Shown here: positions 53,668-63,845 of the stretch, one piece after another
How positions within the stretch are numbered: position 1 is the first letter of the stretch
How the letters are laid out: each line of letters opens with the position of its first letter
Assembly (NCBI GenBank): GCA_963718895.1
Contig: CAVRAG010000008.1
Span: 1,548,040-1,612,039 of the forward strand
Source of the DNA: an uncultured Nitrososphaerota archaeon
Lineage (GTDB): Archaea > Thermoproteota > Nitrososphaeria > Nitrososphaerales > Gagatemarchaeaceae
Reading direction: 5' to 3'
DNA: 64,000 nucleotides
The notes under the pieces: generated by a model
What the model was told of the DNA's origin: nothing
What the model saw: the letters and a program-made list of their open reading frames with translations, nothing else
Databases searched by the model: none
Program-made: the position numbers and the translations under genes

Positions 53668-54849
53668 ATGATGGTGGTGTACGACTTCGATTCCTTGCTG
53701 GATGAGGTTCTGAGCCGTAGGCCGGAACTCACACGAAATCAGATAATGGAACAGATTCAGGTGAAGAAGCGGGATGTTGGAGCCGGGTTTCTGACCGATC
53801 AGGGCGCCTTGTTCCTCATAGCGGGTGAACTTGGCGTCCAGCTGAAACATATGACCTCCACAGACCTGACTCTGAAGGACATCTACGCGGGAGCCAACGA
53901 CATCACGATTGTCGCGAGGGTCTTGGGGGTATATCCAATCAGCGAGTACAAGAGGAAGGATGGTGGTGTGGGAAGGTACAGGAAGCTCAGCCTCTTCGAC
54001 AAGGACAACGTCGCGCGGCTTACCATCTGGGAAGACAATCAGGACGCCATCAAACTCGAGGGGATCTCGTTGGACACCCCTGTGAGAGTATCCAACGGCT
54101 ACGTGAAGCCTGGGCTGGACGGAAAGCCGAGCCTCAACCTAGGAAAGAGGGGGAAGATTGAGGCCCTAAGCGATGACAGCATAGTTTCGCGTCTGACACC
54201 CCTCTCGAAGCTGGTGAGGAAGATTGGCGAGGTCGAAGAGGAACAAACCATACCGGCGGTGCAGGGTGTCGCTTACTCCGGGAGCAGGTTCTCGAGCTTC
54301 ACAAGGAGCGATGGTTCCGCTGGGTCGTTGTCGCAGTTTGAGCTGACAGAGGACGCGGGCAAGAGCAGAATCAGAGTGGTAGTCTGGAATCCCGTCGCAA
54401 TTGAGGTGAAGGCGGGTCAGACGGTCTTGGTCACCAACCTGAGAGTCAGGAAGAGCACGAACGGCGACCGCGAACTTCATGGAGACAGCGGAAGTGTGGT
54501 GCAGATCATCGGGCCGGCTGCAGCCGGAGCCAGCTCGAAGTTCATGAAGGTGAGTCGTGTCAAGGACGCGAATGGGCCAGTCAGCCTCGAGGTGATGGCG
54601 CTATCGAAAGCGAGCACCCATGAGGTGCCCATGCGTGACGGTCCCAGCTTGAAGAAGGCGGAACTCATCATTGGGGATGATACGGGCGAGATCACGGTGG
54701 TTGGTTGGAGGGATTTGGCGGACAAGCTTGTCAAGATAGAGGTCGGAGAGAAGTTGAGGGTCTTCGATGTGGTCAAGCAGGTCTCGAAGATGGGTATGGC
54801 GACACTGGAGTTTGGAGACAGCTCGAGAATCGAGAGGGTCCCAGACTAG
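53668..54849 (+). CDS. RPA-like single-stranded DNA-binding protein (three OB folds)
   Basis: GFLTDQGALFLIA N-terminus; RLTIW, RVVVW and DDTGEITVVGW OB-fold motifs. Confidence 0.85.
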   Translation: MMVVYDFDSLLDEVLSRRPELTRNQIMEQIQVKKRDVGAGFLTDQGALFLIAGELGVQLKHMTSTDLTLKDIYAGANDITIVARVLGVYPISEYKRKDGGVGRYRKLSLFDKDNVARLTIWEDNQDAIKLEGISLDTPVRVSNGYVKPGLDGKPSLNLGKRGKIEALSDDSIVSRLTPLSKLVRKIGEVEEEQTIPAVQGVAYSGSRFSSFTRSDGSAGSLSQFELTEDAGKSRIRVVVWNPVAIEVKAGQTVLVTNLRVRKSTNGDRELHGDSGSVVQIIGPAAAGASSKFMKVSRVKDANGPVSLEVMALSKASTHEVPMRDGPSLKKAELIIGDDTGEITVVGWRDLADKLVKIEVGEKLRVFDVVKQVSKMGMATLEFGDSSRIERVPD

Positions 54850-54980
54850 CTCTGGTTCTTTGGCCTTCTCAGGACTTCGTACTCGTAGACGAAGATTATC
54901 ACGAGCGCCACCACGAACAGCGTAATCATGGCGCCGCTGATCAAGCTGTAGAAACTGTCTGCACTGAGAATCGGTATCAT
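54846..54980 (-). CDS. 44-aa single-pass membrane microprotein
   Basis: MIPILSADSFYSLISGAMITLFVVALVIIFVYEYEVLRRPKNQS*; below the ORF-track cutoff; CTAG stop overlap with the RPA gene. Confidence 0.55.
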   Translation of the reverse strand: MIPILSADSFYSLISGAMITLFVVALVIIFVYEYEVLRRPKNQS

Positions 54981-55028
54981 CGTTCATTCCGCGGTCGAGA
55001 TTGGCATGGTATAAGTTTTCTGAGTGAG

Positions 55029-55161
55029 TGCCGGGGGCGGGATTCTCGCGTTTCCGCATTTCGAGCCCGCGACCTCCGGATTTCGCATCCGAGCTTGGGA
55101 TTATGAGTTTCGCCCACCTGAGGCGTGCCCGGCGCAATGAGCCAAGCTATGCTACCCCGGC
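55029..55161 (-). tRNA. tRNA(CAT), probably elongator Met, with three introns (20 nt ~30/31, 20 nt 37/38, 17 nt 59/60)
   Basis: Splicing gives 76 nt with CCGGA-CTCATAA-TCCGG; T-loop intron has BHB CTCG-AAA/CGAG-AAT. Confidence 0.88.
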
Positions 55162-55362
55162 ACGCATGGAAACAAAATATGAGGTGATTTAAGTTGCACT
55201 GCCCTATCGAGCTTCGTTCAGGCTGTGTTCAGCCTGTAATCAGCGCCGTAGCGTCGGCAAGAGTGAGTACAAGACTCCAATGCGATGCAAATTTTGTATC
55301 ATTGCTCGGTGACCCTTACCAAACACTAAAAAATCTCACCTATTGGTGCCATGTCCACCTAC

Positions 55363-55449
55363 GCCTCGGTAGCTCAGCCTGGTAGAGCACTGCCTTGGTA
55401 AAGAAATCCAGAAAGGCAGGGGTCCCGGGATCAAATCCCGGCCGAGGCT
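55363..55449 (+). tRNA. tRNA-Thr(GGT) with a 13-nt intron at 37/38
   Basis: GCCTCGG/CCGAGGC acceptor stem; CTGCC-TTGGTA[intron]A-GGCAG. Confidence 0.92.
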
Positions 55450-55500
55450 CCTCATCGTCCCTAACCCTTTTTACCCCTGTAGTGGTCGGTCAATCTCGGG

Positions 55501-55884
55501 ATGAACAAGAAGGAGATCGCTTTTCTTAACAAGCGAGAGCTTGCTAGGTTGGCGACGGCATCGAAGGACCTTATGCCGCACGTGATACCCGTGATGTATG
55601 CCGTGGACGGACAGAAAATCATCGTCGCCATTGATTACCATACAAAGAAACTGAAGAACCTGAGGGAGAATCCGAAGGTCTCTCTTGTGGTGGATGAATA
55701 TGACCCGAACCGGGCCGTCTTCATTCAGGGTACGTGCACGATTCTTGAGAAAGGTCCTGAGTACCTCCGTCTCCTCAAAATCCTGTTCAAGAGGTTCGAT
55801 GTCTACCGAAAGAACCCTTGGGGCGAGGGGGAATCCCCAATCATCAGCATAGCCCCCGTCAAGGTCGTAAGCTGGGGGCTGTAG
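55501..55884 (+). CDS. Pyridoxamine 5'-phosphate oxidase-like split-barrel flavin/F420-binding protein
   Basis: ARLAT...PHVIPV...KLKNLRENPKVSLVVD. Confidence 0.85.
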   Translation: MNKKEIAFLNKRELARLATASKDLMPHVIPVMYAVDGQKIIVAIDYHTKKLKNLRENPKVSLVVDEYDPNRAVFIQGTCTILEKGPEYLRLLKILFKRFDVYRKNPWGEGESPIISIAPVKVVSWGL

Positions 55885-55958
55885 CAACCGACTTGAATCG
55901 GCCAGAAACGTAGAATCAGATTACTTTAAAACCAGTTTTGGGGGCGAGGAGGCATCCT

Positions 55959-56046
55959 GCGGGGGTCGCCCAGCCTGGTCAACGGCGCGAGGCTCAGGAC
56001 CTCGTCCCTTAGGGGTTCGTGGGTTCGAATCCCACCCCCCGCACCA
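55959..56046 (+). tRNA. tRNA-Leu(CAG), CCA encoded, no intron
   Basis: CGAGG-CTCAGGA-CCTCG arm, long variable arm, GTTCGAATC; TTTAAA box upstream. Confidence 0.96.
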
Positions 56047-56055
56047 GTCTTACTA

Positions 56056-56379
56056 TCACTCCTCAAGATTCTTGATTAGTGCAGTCCAGTCAAGTTCCAG
56101 AAGAGCCGTCATACCGAGAGGGGTAATCGTGTATCTTCCCGGCTCGCCGAAGGGCTCCACGTTGTACTCCACCAGACGGAGCGCGATCAGCTCTGTCAAT
56201 TGCCAGCGAATCGTCCATAAGGAAAATGCTCGCAGAGCCGAGTCGATCTCCGCATTGGACAGACCCTTTCCCTGATTCTTAGCCAGGATGCTCAGGATTC
56301 TGTCAAGATGGGTCTTTCTTATTTCGTCAAGCACCGACCGTCTCCTCGCGGGGTCAGACCAGTTCCATGGACCCTGCAT
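56056..56379 (-). CDS. Winged-HTH hypothetical protein
   Basis: LSNAEI...LTELIALRLVE...YTITPLG. Confidence 0.6.
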   Translation of the reverse strand: MQGPWNWSDPARRRSVLDEIRKTHLDRILSILAKNQGKGLSNAEIDSALRAFSLWTIRWQLTELIALRLVEYNVEPFGEPGRYTITPLGMTALLELDWTALIKNLEE

Positions 56380-56504
56380 GATTCTATATGACACAGGTCC
56401 CTTGATAAGAGTTACAAACGATTGAAATGGTTTAACGATTGTATCAACTGTTTTTCGTCTGACTGGAGAAATCAATCCCTGACGGAGGTGAAGTTCGGTC
56501 GTAA

Positions 56505-56762
56505 ATGGAAGTAGTCACACAATACGTGGACCACAAGACAGAGCTCGAAGGCCGCATCGAGGCACTTGAAGCGGAGCAGGCATCGCTCATCGCAGGCATC
56601 TCAACCCTGAAGGAGAGGTTAACAACGTTGGAGCTGGAGAGGCACGCTTCTTCACTCGCAAGCGACGTTGAGGCACTCCGCACAGAGAAGACTGTCCTAG
56701 AGGAGAAGATTGCATCTTACTCCGTCGAATCCGCAGCTTCGAGTGAAGGCTATCAGGTTTAG
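56505..56762 (+). CDS. Small coiled-coil protein
   Basis: Heptad-rich 85-aa ORF. Confidence 0.6.
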   Translation: MEVVTQYVDHKTELEGRIEALEAEQASLIAGISTLKERLTTLELERHASSLASDVEALRTEKTVLEEKIASYSVESAASSEGYQV

Positions 56763-57184
56763 CTGAACTTCGATACCCTCTCTTCGAGCTCTCCCTTCTC
56801 TTTTCTGAGATAGGAGACCTGTCCCTCGAGCGCGTGCACCTTGACCTCGAGTTGCTTCAGCTGGGATTCCCTGTCCCTCTGCATCATCGTCTCCTGAAGC
56901 TCCTCCTGATCCTTCACGAGTCCGGTGATTTTCTGCTGAAGCTCCTGGTTGGTTGTCTTTAGATCCTTTAGGTCGCTTTGGATCTTCCTGAGTTGATCCT
57001 CCGCAACAACGAGGTACTTCTGGCGGCTGACTATGATTGGAAACTTGGTGTTGCACTTTGAGCACTGATACATCCCGACCTTCCGCTGTGTCAATCCTCG
57101 TTCTCCTTCGTTAGGTTCCACTATGACTGTGAAGACCTTTGATGGAGTATCGGTGGCGGTACCACAGCTGGGACATACTGGCAA
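56759..57184 (-). CDS. Zinc-ribbon (Cren7-like) plus coiled-coil protein
   Basis: CPSCG..PSKVF...VGMYQCSKCNTKF followed by heptad repeats. Confidence 0.65.
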   Translation of the reverse strand: MPVCPSCGTATDTPSKVFTVIVEPNEGERGLTQRKVGMYQCSKCNTKFPIIVSRQKYLVVAEDQLRKIQSDLKDLKTTNQELQQKITGLVKDQEELQETMMQRDRESQLKQLEVKVHALEGQVSYLRKEKGELEERVSKFS

Positions 57185-57224
57185 GTTCGGGCGTCAGTAC
57201 ACCGCAAACTGTTGTGTTAAGTCT

Positions 57225-57506
57225 TTACTCGCGTATCGATTCGAGTTCCGAGACGGCGGACCATAGTGTCACCCTTGCAAAAGAGGGCATATTCGGGTCC
57301 TGTGCCACCTCATCCAGCATGCTGATTGCATTCGCGGCTCTTACGGCCACGCTAAGCTTGGAGTCCTGAAGGACGGTCATTGAATCCTTGACGATTTTCC
57401 GGATGTTTCTCGGGGTGATGTTCGAGTCTGCTATTTGTTGAAGGCTTCCGCTCGCCTTCGTCAGCTTTGCATCGTTCTCCTGTTGTTTCCTGATCTTGGT
57501 GCTCAA
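57225..57506 (-). CDS. UPF0147 family protein
   Basis: TPRNIR, RAANAIS.LDE..QDPNMP..AR..W; TTG start at 57506. Confidence 0.88.
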   Translation of the reverse strand: MSTKIRKQQENDAKLTKASGSLQQIADSNITPRNIRKIVKDSMTVLQDSKLSVAVRAANAISMLDEVAQDPNMPSFARVTLWSAVSELESIRE

Positions 57507-57638
57507 ATTGTGACGCCTTGGGGCCTGTTTCGTCGCCTCCGTTGGGGAGGATATGTGGCTTTCCCTTGACAGGGTTTGTCGCGTTTGGTGAGTCACGCCC
57601 GAATGATTAATAGGTCGGGTATGGCAAACGGCCTGTGA

Positions 57639-57980
57639 ATGAGCAAGTCGCGTGAGAAGATGCAGCTGACGGTCGAGTTGATGAGGCGTGGTGCCGTTAT
57701 GCTGAAGGAACCATGCCCTCTCGACAACGGGGTCCAGATGAGGTACAAAGGCAAGGTCTACTGCACGACCCACGACGACCTTGATGCGGCGCTCTCGGCC
57801 AAGGAGATAACCTTCGGAGATGTTGCTGCGACCATGAGGGACCTGCTGCTGACCAAGCTCAAAGAGAACATGGCTCTTCTCGAGAGCGAGAAAGACCCTC
57901 AAAAGCAGGAGCAGATTGTCTCCCTGATGGCCAAGTCGGTGGACCTGCTGAACAAGCTCGAATCATCACAAAGGACTTAA
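57639..57980 (+). CDS. UPF0148 / autoantigen p27-like zinc-ribbon protein
   Basis: LMRRGAVML..PCP...GKVYC..H. Confidence 0.8.
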   Translation: MSKSREKMQLTVELMRRGAVMLKEPCPLDNGVQMRYKGKVYCTTHDDLDAALSAKEITFGDVAATMRDLLLTKLKENMALLESEKDPQKQEQIVSLMAKSVDLLNKLESSQRT

Positions 57981-58006
57981 GTTTCCGGGGACGGGGCACG
58001 TGCATC

Positions 58007-58483
58007 ATGGTCCTCAGAGTGGGTCAGCGGGTCCCTGACTTCGCCCTGGCTGACCACTTGAAGCAGGAAAGGAAACTTTCCGAGTTCATCCAGAAGGGGA
58101 ACGTGGTGATAGCTTTCTTTCCTTTTGCGTTCTCCGGAACCTGCGACAGGGAGATGTGCACCTTCAGGGATAGTATGTCGAGGTTCAACGCGCTACAAGC
58201 TACAGTGGTCGCCATCAGCGTCGACAGTGTATATACCCTCAAGGTCTTCTCGCAGACGTACAATCTCGAGTACCCCCTTCTGAGCGACTTCAACAAGAAG
58301 GTCAGCAGAACCTTCGACGTGCTGCAGGACCCCTGGATACACTTCGGTTACAGGGGAGTCGCGAAGCGCGCTGTATTCGTCCTCGACAAGAAGGGGATAC
58401 TGCGGTACAGGTGGGTCACTGATGTGCCCAGCGAGGAGCCTCCGTATGACGAGGTCATCGAGACCCTGAAGAAGCTGAACTAG
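58007..58483 (+). CDS. Peroxiredoxin (BCP/AhpE-like)
   Basis: FFPFAFSGTCDREMC, ISVD, LLSD. Confidence 0.92.
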   Translation: MVLRVGQRVPDFALADHLKQERKLSEFIQKGNVVIAFFPFAFSGTCDREMCTFRDSMSRFNALQATVVAISVDSVYTLKVFSQTYNLEYPLLSDFNKKVSRTFDVLQDPWIHFGYRGVAKRAVFVLDKKGILRYRWVTDVPSEEPPYDEVIETLKKLN

Positions 58484-58512
58484 GGTGTCGTTTTTATAGC
58501 ACCTAATGTCAT

Positions 58513-58884
58513 GTGAGCATGAAAATGTCCCTGGAAGTCAAGGAGATCAAGCCGGTCGTCGAGATAACGCCACAGGCAGCGGAAGAGCTCAAAATCTATC
58601 TCCTGAAGCAGGGCAAGGCTGAAGGCGGCCTCCGGGTCTTCGTCTCTGCCGGCGGCTGTTCGGGGCTTTCCTATGGGATGGTTCCGGAAGACAAGAGCAC
58701 TGACGACGACTATGTAATTACCCAGCACGGAGCGAAGCTAATTGTCGACAAGTCCAGTATGCCTTTCATAGCGGGTTCGCTGATTGACTTCCAATCTGAC
58801 AAGCTGATGGGTGGAGGATTCGTGGTGAAGAACCCCAATGCTGTCTCCACGTGTGGATGTGGCGAATCGTTCAAGACGGCCTGA
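58513..58884 (+). CDS. HesB/IscA-family Fe-S cluster carrier
   Basis: GGCSGLSY, NPNA..CGCGESF. Confidence 0.95.
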   Translation: MSMKMSLEVKEIKPVVEITPQAAEELKIYLLKQGKAEGGLRVFVSAGGCSGLSYGMVPEDKSTDDDYVITQHGAKLIVDKSSMPFIAGSLIDFQSDKLMGGGFVVKNPNAVSTCGCGESFKTA

Positions 58885-58998
58885 ATCAGGTACTCAGTCA
58901 TTCACTGACCATCACCCAATAGAAAGACTCGCTAACTGCATGGTTGTGGGGAATGTCACTCGCAGAACTACTAGGGATGCTGGGGTAGAGATAAGACG

Positions 58999-59175
58999 CG
59001 CCGGGAGTGGGACTTTCACCCATGGAAGAGCCGCCGAACGGCTTTCTTCCCTGGGATTTGAACCCACATGCCCCCGAAGAGGCACGGGCTGACTAGTCAT
59101 CCGATCTCGAGTTGCGGATTCGCCCCGCCTTGGGGACGGATTGCCCGCGCGTTAACCAGACTCCGCCATCCCGGC
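58999..59175 (-). tRNA. tRNA-Ser(CGA) with three introns (31 nt ~31/32, 15 nt 37/38, 44 nt 59/60)
   Basis: Splicing gives 87 nt with CGGGC-CTCGAGA-GCCCG and a long variable arm; T-loop BHB TTCA-AAT/TGAA-AGT. Confidence 0.88.
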
Positions 59176-59237
59176 AAAGCCACCAGCCATTCATGCCCTC
59201 TTTATTCTTTGCAAGAAACCGGTTCCTGTCGGTGTTG

Positions 59238-60032
59238 CTACACCTTTACGTACTTCGGACGCCAGGATCGGGTCTTGTCGGGGAGTTCTGTGTATTCGAA
59301 GTCCGCGTAAATCAGCGGGAACTTCTCCTTCATGGTCCGTGCGACCTTGTCGAAGACGTACCTTATCTCGACCTCGGCGGCTTCTGCTGTGCGCATCGCG
59401 ATGACATGTCTCATAGTCCGGTGGTTAGCGGTCCAGATGATTGACGTAGCCATCCCATCGGGCGCGATCCGCCTCAGGGCGGACGTTATGCGCTTCTTCA
59501 CGTCGAAGTTCATGTTCTCCCAGTCGAACTCGCCTTCGAGGTCCTTGTAGCTCCCTTCGATGTTCTCGACTATGGCCTTGACCTTGACTTTCTTGCCGGC
59601 GAGCTCTGGCGGAAGCCAGAAGCTCAGTTCGGATGGACGTACGTACCTGAGGGATTCCTGGCTGATTGCCACTCCCACTCTGTGCCTGACAAGTTCGTGG
59701 GTGAAGACCCTGCTGACGTTGATGAAGGCAAAGGTGCACGTGGCGTGCTCGAAGATGGAACCGTCGCCCTTGGAGAGCGTGTTCTGTATGTAGTCTTCAG
59801 AGCTTTGGCGTATCTTGGTGACGTTCGGGTTCAAACCGACCCCGAAGCTCTTGTAGCAGAGCCGTCCGGCGACCTCGGTGAGGAGTTCACCTTCTGATTT
59901 TGATGCCTTCTGTGTCTTTGAGAACCAATCTAGGGCCGTGGACCCCCCTATTGCGCCGAGCATCTCCTTGATTTGGGTAAGGTCAATCTTGGTCTCGCCT
60001 ATCAGGAAGACCTGTGGTTCAACAAACTTCAT
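59238..60032 (-). CDS. thyX: Flavin-dependent thymidylate synthase
   Basis: AGRLCY, SIFEH, HELVRHR....SQESLRY. Confidence 0.93.
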   Translation of the reverse strand: MKFVEPQVFLIGETKIDLTQIKEMLGAIGGSTALDWFSKTQKASKSEGELLTEVAGRLCYKSFGVGLNPNVTKIRQSSEDYIQNTLSKGDGSIFEHATCTFAFINVSRVFTHELVRHRVGVAISQESLRYVRPSELSFWLPPELAGKKVKVKAIVENIEGSYKDLEGEFDWENMNFDVKKRITSALRRIAPDGMATSIIWTANHRTMRHVIAMRTAEAAEVEIRYVFDKVARTMKEKFPLIYADFEYTELPDKTRSWRPKYVKV

Positions 60033-60202
60033 TCTTTGTCGGCTTTCATTGGTTGAGTTAATTAATCTGTACTCACTCCTAACTCATTCCGACTATTGGA
60101 CCTTAACTGCGTGTTCACTTTAATATGGGAATGTGCATCGGAGAGGTAGTTGTGTCATGGCACGTACCGTGATTCCTAGATACGCCGGGGACCCGTGATA
60201 CG

Positions 60203-61540
60203 TTGCGCGTCTTTGGCACCGCCGGCGTAAGGGGAGTCTTCAATGTCACCCAGACTCCAGAACAGGTGTACAGGCTTGCCCTGACCTCGGCTTTTGCATT
60301 CGGAAGGGGATCGTACGGCGTCGGATGGGACGGCCGCAAGAGTTCGGCGTTGCTGGCGCGTGTGGTCGCCGCAGGTCTCGTTTCTGCTGGAGGTCGAGCT
60401 GTCCTGTTCGGGTTGGTTCCGACTCCTGTGACTGCCTTCGGCGCGAGGGAGGAGAGGTGTAATCTGGGCTTCTCCGTCACAGCATCGCATAATCCTCCCG
60501 AATATTCTGGAGTGAAATTCTTCAATGAGGTCGGCATGGAACTCCCGAAAGAGCAGGAACTGAGGATAGAGAGAGTGATGGTGGTCGAAGCTAACATGAA
60601 CTCGCCCGAGTTTGGGGAGGTGACTTCCCGGGATGTCCTGGGTCCCTATTTTGATAAGTTGGTCGCCCGATTTGAGAAGGTGGACAAGGGTCTCAAGATT
60701 GTCGTGGATTGCTCCAATGGGCCCGGAGCTCTAGTCACGCCGCTTGCATTGGACGTATTGGGACACAAGGTCATTCCACTTAACGCCCAAATTTCCTGGC
60801 GATTCCCAGCCAGGCTGCCGGAGCCGACACCTCAGAACCTTGCCGATACGGCCTCGATTGTTTCGTCGGTCGGAGCTGACCTTGGGCTAGCTCATGACGG
60901 GGATGCTGATCGGCTGGTGCTAATCAACTCAGCGGGACGGGTCCTTCCGGACTCCATCGTGTCGATACTTGCTCTCAGGGCGTCGGTAAAGAAGGGTGGG
61001 GTCGTCATATTGTCGGAGAACACCTCTTCCGCTGTGGAAGAGGAGGCCGTGAGGATGGGCTGTCGCGTTGTGAGGAGCAGGATTGGCAAGTCGTTTGCGG
61101 AGATAGAGAAGGAGGGAGCTGTCTTTGCGACGGAACCCAGCAAAATCGTGAATCCTCGATGGGGAATGTGGGAGGATGGGATGTACGGCGCCTTGCTGAT
61201 TGCCGACGCTGTCTCCAGAGAGCCAGAGCTGATGAAGTTAATCAGCTCGGAACCGAAGTGGAAGTACACGCAAGTCAACATACCCGTCTCCGTAGACCTC
61301 TCCAGCGCAACGGAGAGGGTGGAAGCCGAATTCGCCAAGTTCAGGATATCTGAGGTGAGGCGTCTGGACGGCTTGAAGATACTGTTCAAGGATGGGTCTT
61401 GGATTATGTTTAGGTCTTCAGGTACGGAGCCTAAGACGAGGATCTATTGCGAGTCGCTGGACCAGATTAGGCTGGAGGAGCTACTCGGCACCGGAGAGAA
61501 GGTATTGGAGAACTTGGCTGGACCAGCAAAGGAACTCTGA
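60203..61540 (+). CDS. Phosphohexomutase (PGM/PMM/GlmM family)
   Basis: FGTAGVRG, TASHNP, DGDADR, RSSGTEP. Confidence 0.93.
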   Translation: MRVFGTAGVRGVFNVTQTPEQVYRLALTSAFAFGRGSYGVGWDGRKSSALLARVVAAGLVSAGGRAVLFGLVPTPVTAFGAREERCNLGFSVTASHNPPEYSGVKFFNEVGMELPKEQELRIERVMVVEANMNSPEFGEVTSRDVLGPYFDKLVARFEKVDKGLKIVVDCSNGPGALVTPLALDVLGHKVIPLNAQISWRFPARLPEPTPQNLADTASIVSSVGADLGLAHDGDADRLVLINSAGRVLPDSIVSILALRASVKKGGVVILSENTSSAVEEEAVRMGCRVVRSRIGKSFAEIEKEGAVFATEPSKIVNPRWGMWEDGMYGALLIADAVSREPELMKLISSEPKWKYTQVNIPVSVDLSSATERVEAEFAKFRISEVRRLDGLKILFKDGSWIMFRSSGTEPKTRIYCESLDQIRLEELLGTGEKVLENLAGPAKEL

Positions 61541-61549
61541 TAATCCGAT

Positions 61550-63025
61550 ATGTCGTTGGAGCTCGCTAACGCTATCTCAAAGGCCCTCTCGGAAGGGTAC
61601 CAGATAGATGGGGAGGCGTTTGGGGTAATCTCAGGTCTCCCTCCAGGTACAGATGTCGAACTGCTCGTCAAGAACGCCATCCGGAGAAAGGTCGGAAACG
61701 ACGACAAAGTCATACGGAAGATGGACATCGAGCAGGTGATTCCTGAGGACGTTCTCGCTGTTCAGGAGCCTGTCCTGAAAGTCTCTGGGGAGGCGGGGGA
61801 GATCGAGGTGATGAGCGACCCCACCGACCAGATTGCTCCGGCTGAGGCAGACATTGGCTTCAAGAAACTCTTCCAGGACAGATATTGGAGGCTGCTCGGG
61901 ATTGCGAGAAGAAGGCCTGATTCGAGGAACATCTCCAACATCGAGTCCATGAAGGGACAGAAGGTCGACAAGATGAAGATAGCAGGCCTCCTTTCTTCGA
62001 GGAACAGCAAGCATGGGAACGTGGAACTGACGATCGACGACCCGACGGGTACCGCACGCATACAATGCAATGAGGAATTCGCGAGCATAGCGATGAGAAT
62101 CCCCCTCGATAGCTTCGTCGTGGCCGAGTTATCAGGAGGGAAAGGGAGCCAGATCTACGCCACGTCGCTGACCATGCCAGACGTTCCAACCCGAAAGCCC
62201 GTAACTTCGACGCGCCGAGGTTATGCGGTCCTCCTCTCTGACCTGCACATCGGGAGCAAGATGTTCCTGGAGGACGACTTCCAGAGGCTCATCATGTGGC
62301 TGAACGGCAAGCTCGGTGACCTCGACATTGTTAGCAGGGTCAAGTATGTGGTGATCGCTGGCGACCTAATCGACGGGATTGGCGTGTATCCAGGACAGGA
62401 GAACCAACTCAGCGAGAGAAACCTGAAGAAGCAGTATTCCCTTGCGGCGCAGACCATCGCCCAAATCCCGAAACACATCAAAATCCTGGTATCGCCGGGC
62501 AACCACGACCCCGTCCGGCAGGCACTACCTCAGCCGGCGATCGCTGTCGACATCGCAGAGCCGTTATACGCGCTTGAGAACGTCAAGAACGTGGGCAACC
62601 CAGCTTCCGTGAAGCTGGACGGCGTCAACTTCCTTGTGTACCACGGGAGAAGCCTTGATGACATAATCGCGACGGTGCCTAATCTCAGCTATGACAGACC
62701 CGCCGCGGCCATGCAGGTTCTCCTCAAGTCGAGACACCTGGCGCCGATGTATGGGAAGAGGACCGCGCTAGCCCCGGAACTGAGGGACATGCTCGTCATA
62801 GACCCCGTTCCTGACGTCTTCCATTCGGGGCACGTCCATGCAATCGATGTACTGGACTATCGCGGGACTCTCATAGTGAACTCCGGGACGTTCCAGGCGC
62901 AGACGCCGTTCCAGGCGAACATGGGGATGGAGCCGACGTGTTCGATTGTACCCATAGTGGACCTTTCCACCCTGGCGGTGACGAAGAGGAGCTTCACCAA
63001 ACAGGTCTTCGGTACAGGGAACTAG
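61550..63025 (+). CDS. polB: DNA polymerase D small (proofreading) subunit DP1
   Basis: SDLHIGS, GDLIDGIGVYP, PGNHD, YHG.S, HSGHVH. Confidence 0.95.
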   Translation: MSLELANAISKALSEGYQIDGEAFGVISGLPPGTDVELLVKNAIRRKVGNDDKVIRKMDIEQVIPEDVLAVQEPVLKVSGEAGEIEVMSDPTDQIAPAEADIGFKKLFQDRYWRLLGIARRRPDSRNISNIESMKGQKVDKMKIAGLLSSRNSKHGNVELTIDDPTGTARIQCNEEFASIAMRIPLDSFVVAELSGGKGSQIYATSLTMPDVPTRKPVTSTRRGYAVLLSDLHIGSKMFLEDDFQRLIMWLNGKLGDLDIVSRVKYVVIAGDLIDGIGVYPGQENQLSERNLKKQYSLAAQTIAQIPKHIKILVSPGNHDPVRQALPQPAIAVDIAEPLYALENVKNVGNPASVKLDGVNFLVYHGRSLDDIIATVPNLSYDRPAAAMQVLLKSRHLAPMYGKRTALAPELRDMLVIDPVPDVFHSGHVHAIDVLDYRGTLIVNSGTFQAQTPFQANMGMEPTCSIVPIVDLSTLAVTKRSFTKQVFGTGN

Positions 63026-63049
63026 ACCGGGTAAGGTCGTTCCTTGCGG

Positions 63050-63809
63050 TCATTTCTGGCCGTGCAAGAGACCTATGGCACCTACCATGAATTGAATCTT
63101 CAACAACCGCGGTATGAATGGTGAGTCTCGCGTCGGGACGAACTCCACCTTGCTGATTCCCCAGCTTCGCATAGTGTCGACCAGTTCATTGACGTCCCCG
63201 AATGTCCCCTGGAGAAGAAACAGGTCTTGGAATGCAAACTCGCCCCCTTTCTGGAGGACGCGCAACGCCTCTCTCAAGACCTGCTTCTTGTCGGCGACGT
63301 CTTTCACTTCATGGAAAGTGAGGTTGCTCACTACGGCATCAAAATAACCGTCTTCGAAGGGAAGCGAGGACGCGCTCGCCCTCTTGGAAGGAGACTCGAC
63401 TATCGACCCCTTCGATCTCGGCGTTTTTCTCGCACATTCCTTTGGAATACTCCCAACTCGCACCCCAGTAGTCAACTCCTACTACCTGAGATCCGGGATG
63501 GTTGTTAGCGAGCTTGATAGCCAGGGGACCATTACCGCACCCTATGTCCAGCGCGCGTCCTTCCCCGTCCCAGTCTAGATGACTGAGGACCAAGTCGCGG
63601 ATCTTGTTCTGCACATCTCCGCCCCTTGGGTCAAACCGATACCAAGCGTAGGCGAAGTATGCTGCAATAACAAGGAAAAAGGCAGCGACGACCCCCAGTA
63701 TTGGGTAGAAGATCCCTATTCCGACGAACACCGCGCCTAAAATGACTGCTCCATAGATGAGCCTCTTCGGTACCCAGTTTCCATACTCAGGTTTGGCGGA
63801 GTTCTTCAT
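63050..63809 (-). CDS. Class I SAM-dependent methyltransferase with N-terminal TM segments (frameshift near 63385)
   Basis: LDIGCGNG in one frame; LPFEDGYFDAVVSN..FHEV..RVL..GG in the next. Confidence 0.85.
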
Positions 63810-63845
63810 GGATTTGGCCGCCCTTCTGCAGCCGACTGCGCCGAC

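Noticed and set aside
57507-57902. N-terminal extension of the 225-aa ORF 57225-57902
   Set aside because: It overlaps the divergent UPF0148 gene; only the last 93 codons match UPF0147.
58885-58920. Possible C/D-box sRNA on the minus strand (GUGAUGG...CUGA...CUGA)
   Set aside because: No proper C' box or second guide spacing.
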